Assembly (NCBI GenBank): GCA_964610875.1
Contig: CAZSWP010000029.1
Span: 32,410 to 49,990, forward strand
Reading direction: 5' to 3'
Source of the DNA: an uncultured archaeon
Lineage (GTDB): Archaea; Asgardarchaeota; Thorarchaeia; Thorarchaeales; Thorarchaeaceae
Length of the DNA: 17,581 nt
The translations under genes were made by a program, and so were the position numbers. Positions 16,720-17,581 of the stretch are shown one piece after another. Numbering within the stretch: the first letter of the stretch is position 1; every line of letters starts with the position of its first letter. Under the pieces are notes generated by a model, which was not told the origin of the DNA, did no database searches, and saw nothing but the letters and a program-made list of their open reading frames with translations.

Positions 16720-17550
16720 TGGTAGAAGTTGGAGTTGTCCTGCAAAGTTATCGATATACCTCCAATTTCGTTTGCCCATGATATCTGTTCGGTCATGAGT
16801 TACTTTCCAAACATAACTATCATTGTTCTCTGGAGCCCAATCGAAATATCCCAAGGCGTCCACACTTGCGAGATATGATATCCATGTTTCTTGTCGGATC
16901 TGTTCATAGCTTCCCTCCTTGCAATAGAGTCCATCTCCAGCTTCATTGAGAAAATCCCAAATGGTGCCCCAGATATCAAAATGGAACAACTTGTCTGGCA
17001 TAGCTGTCCGGTAGCTTCTCACAGTTTCGTAGAGCAGCATAGGCTGATTTGTTGCATAATAGCAGTCCATTGCAAACCCCTCTCCTTTCAGCTCATAAGC
17101 TGCTCCGTAATCCTCACCAAAACCCCAAGCTGGTGGCATGATCATATACTGGAATACAACTGCATGTGGAACTAGTTTCTTCACATAATCGTACATGTAG
17201 TTGTATGCCCAGACAGATTTCTCATTGAGCCATTCGAGAAACACCCAGAATTCTGTTCTATTTGTTTCATCAAATGGTTTCATCTCATATCCTGTTTCAA
17301 GATAGTAGGTTTCGTTGTATTTCTTTACATCAGGTGACAATTCATTACCAATATTGGCGTATCTTCTCCAAGCTGGCTCTTCATCACCAAGTGTTATGCC
17401 CCAAATCATTTCTGCATCAAAGGTTGTGATATCTGGCACACTCAAACCGTCAATGGAAAGACCTCGTGAGAAATTAATATTGACCTTTGCCATATGACGA
17501 TAGGTTTCCTTGTAGAAGATATCAAGTGGGTCGCGAACAGATACTAATAA
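16720..17550 (-). pseudogene. Internal fragment of a glycoside-hydrolase-like (TIM-barrel) protein
   Basis: Trp/Tyr-rich, with WGITLGDEEP (acid/base-like), AMDCY and LGYFDW. The frame is open 19 codons upstream of ATG 17493 to a TGA at 17553-17551. After QLQLLP the ORF-track tail (16507-16719) is the antisense of the NTF2 stub and intergenic DNA. Confidence 0.55.
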
Positions 17551-17581
17551 TCAGGACAAACCTTGACATTATTGTGTAGGT

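Noticed and set aside
272-17497. Short overlapping or antisense ORFs in the track (e.g. 272-490, 290-544, 1589-1834, 6004-6303, 7017-7388, 11694-12071, 15647-15985, 16891-17175)
   Set aside because: They lie within or opposite well-supported genes, have Ser/Ile/Phe-rich shadow composition and show no motifs.
1-17581. CRISPR array, tRNA/rRNA, IS element or prophage
   Set aside because: No regularly spaced direct repeats, cloverleaf or rRNA-like tracts, transposase or integrase ORFs, or terminal inverted repeats were seen by eye.

Overview
Archaeal chromosomal window, inferred to be Asgard/Thorarchaeia-like from the archaeal proteasome alpha subunit, TATA boxes with GGAG(G/T) SD sites, and many HDxxN-type PAS kinases with a stand-alone receiver. 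Left arm (1-5.2 kb): a translationally coupled pair of uncharacterised genes (a winged-helix-like protein cut by the window edge, and a 584-aa coiled-coil/2-TM protein with CorA-like topology but no GMN motif), an NrdG-type radical SAM activase, psmA, a Cys-rich thioredoxin-fold protein and a RimK/MptN-type ATP-grasp ligase. Middle (5.3-13.7 kb): an AT-richer signalling block of four histidine kinases (7TM, GAF-like, single PAS, and a giant PAS/GAF array) around one CheY-like receiver. Right arm (14.1-17.6 kb): a MaoC hydratase behind a decayed FabH-like remnant, an MFS transporter, and a probable deletion scar joining an unannotated NTF2-like stub head-on to a truncated glycoside-hydrolase-like gene. 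The best candidate for an undescribed system is the 1-2174 gene pair, which from memory resembles the two halves of a single uncharacterised protist protein; this needs an HMM search. No rRNA, tRNA, CRISPR array or transposase was seen.
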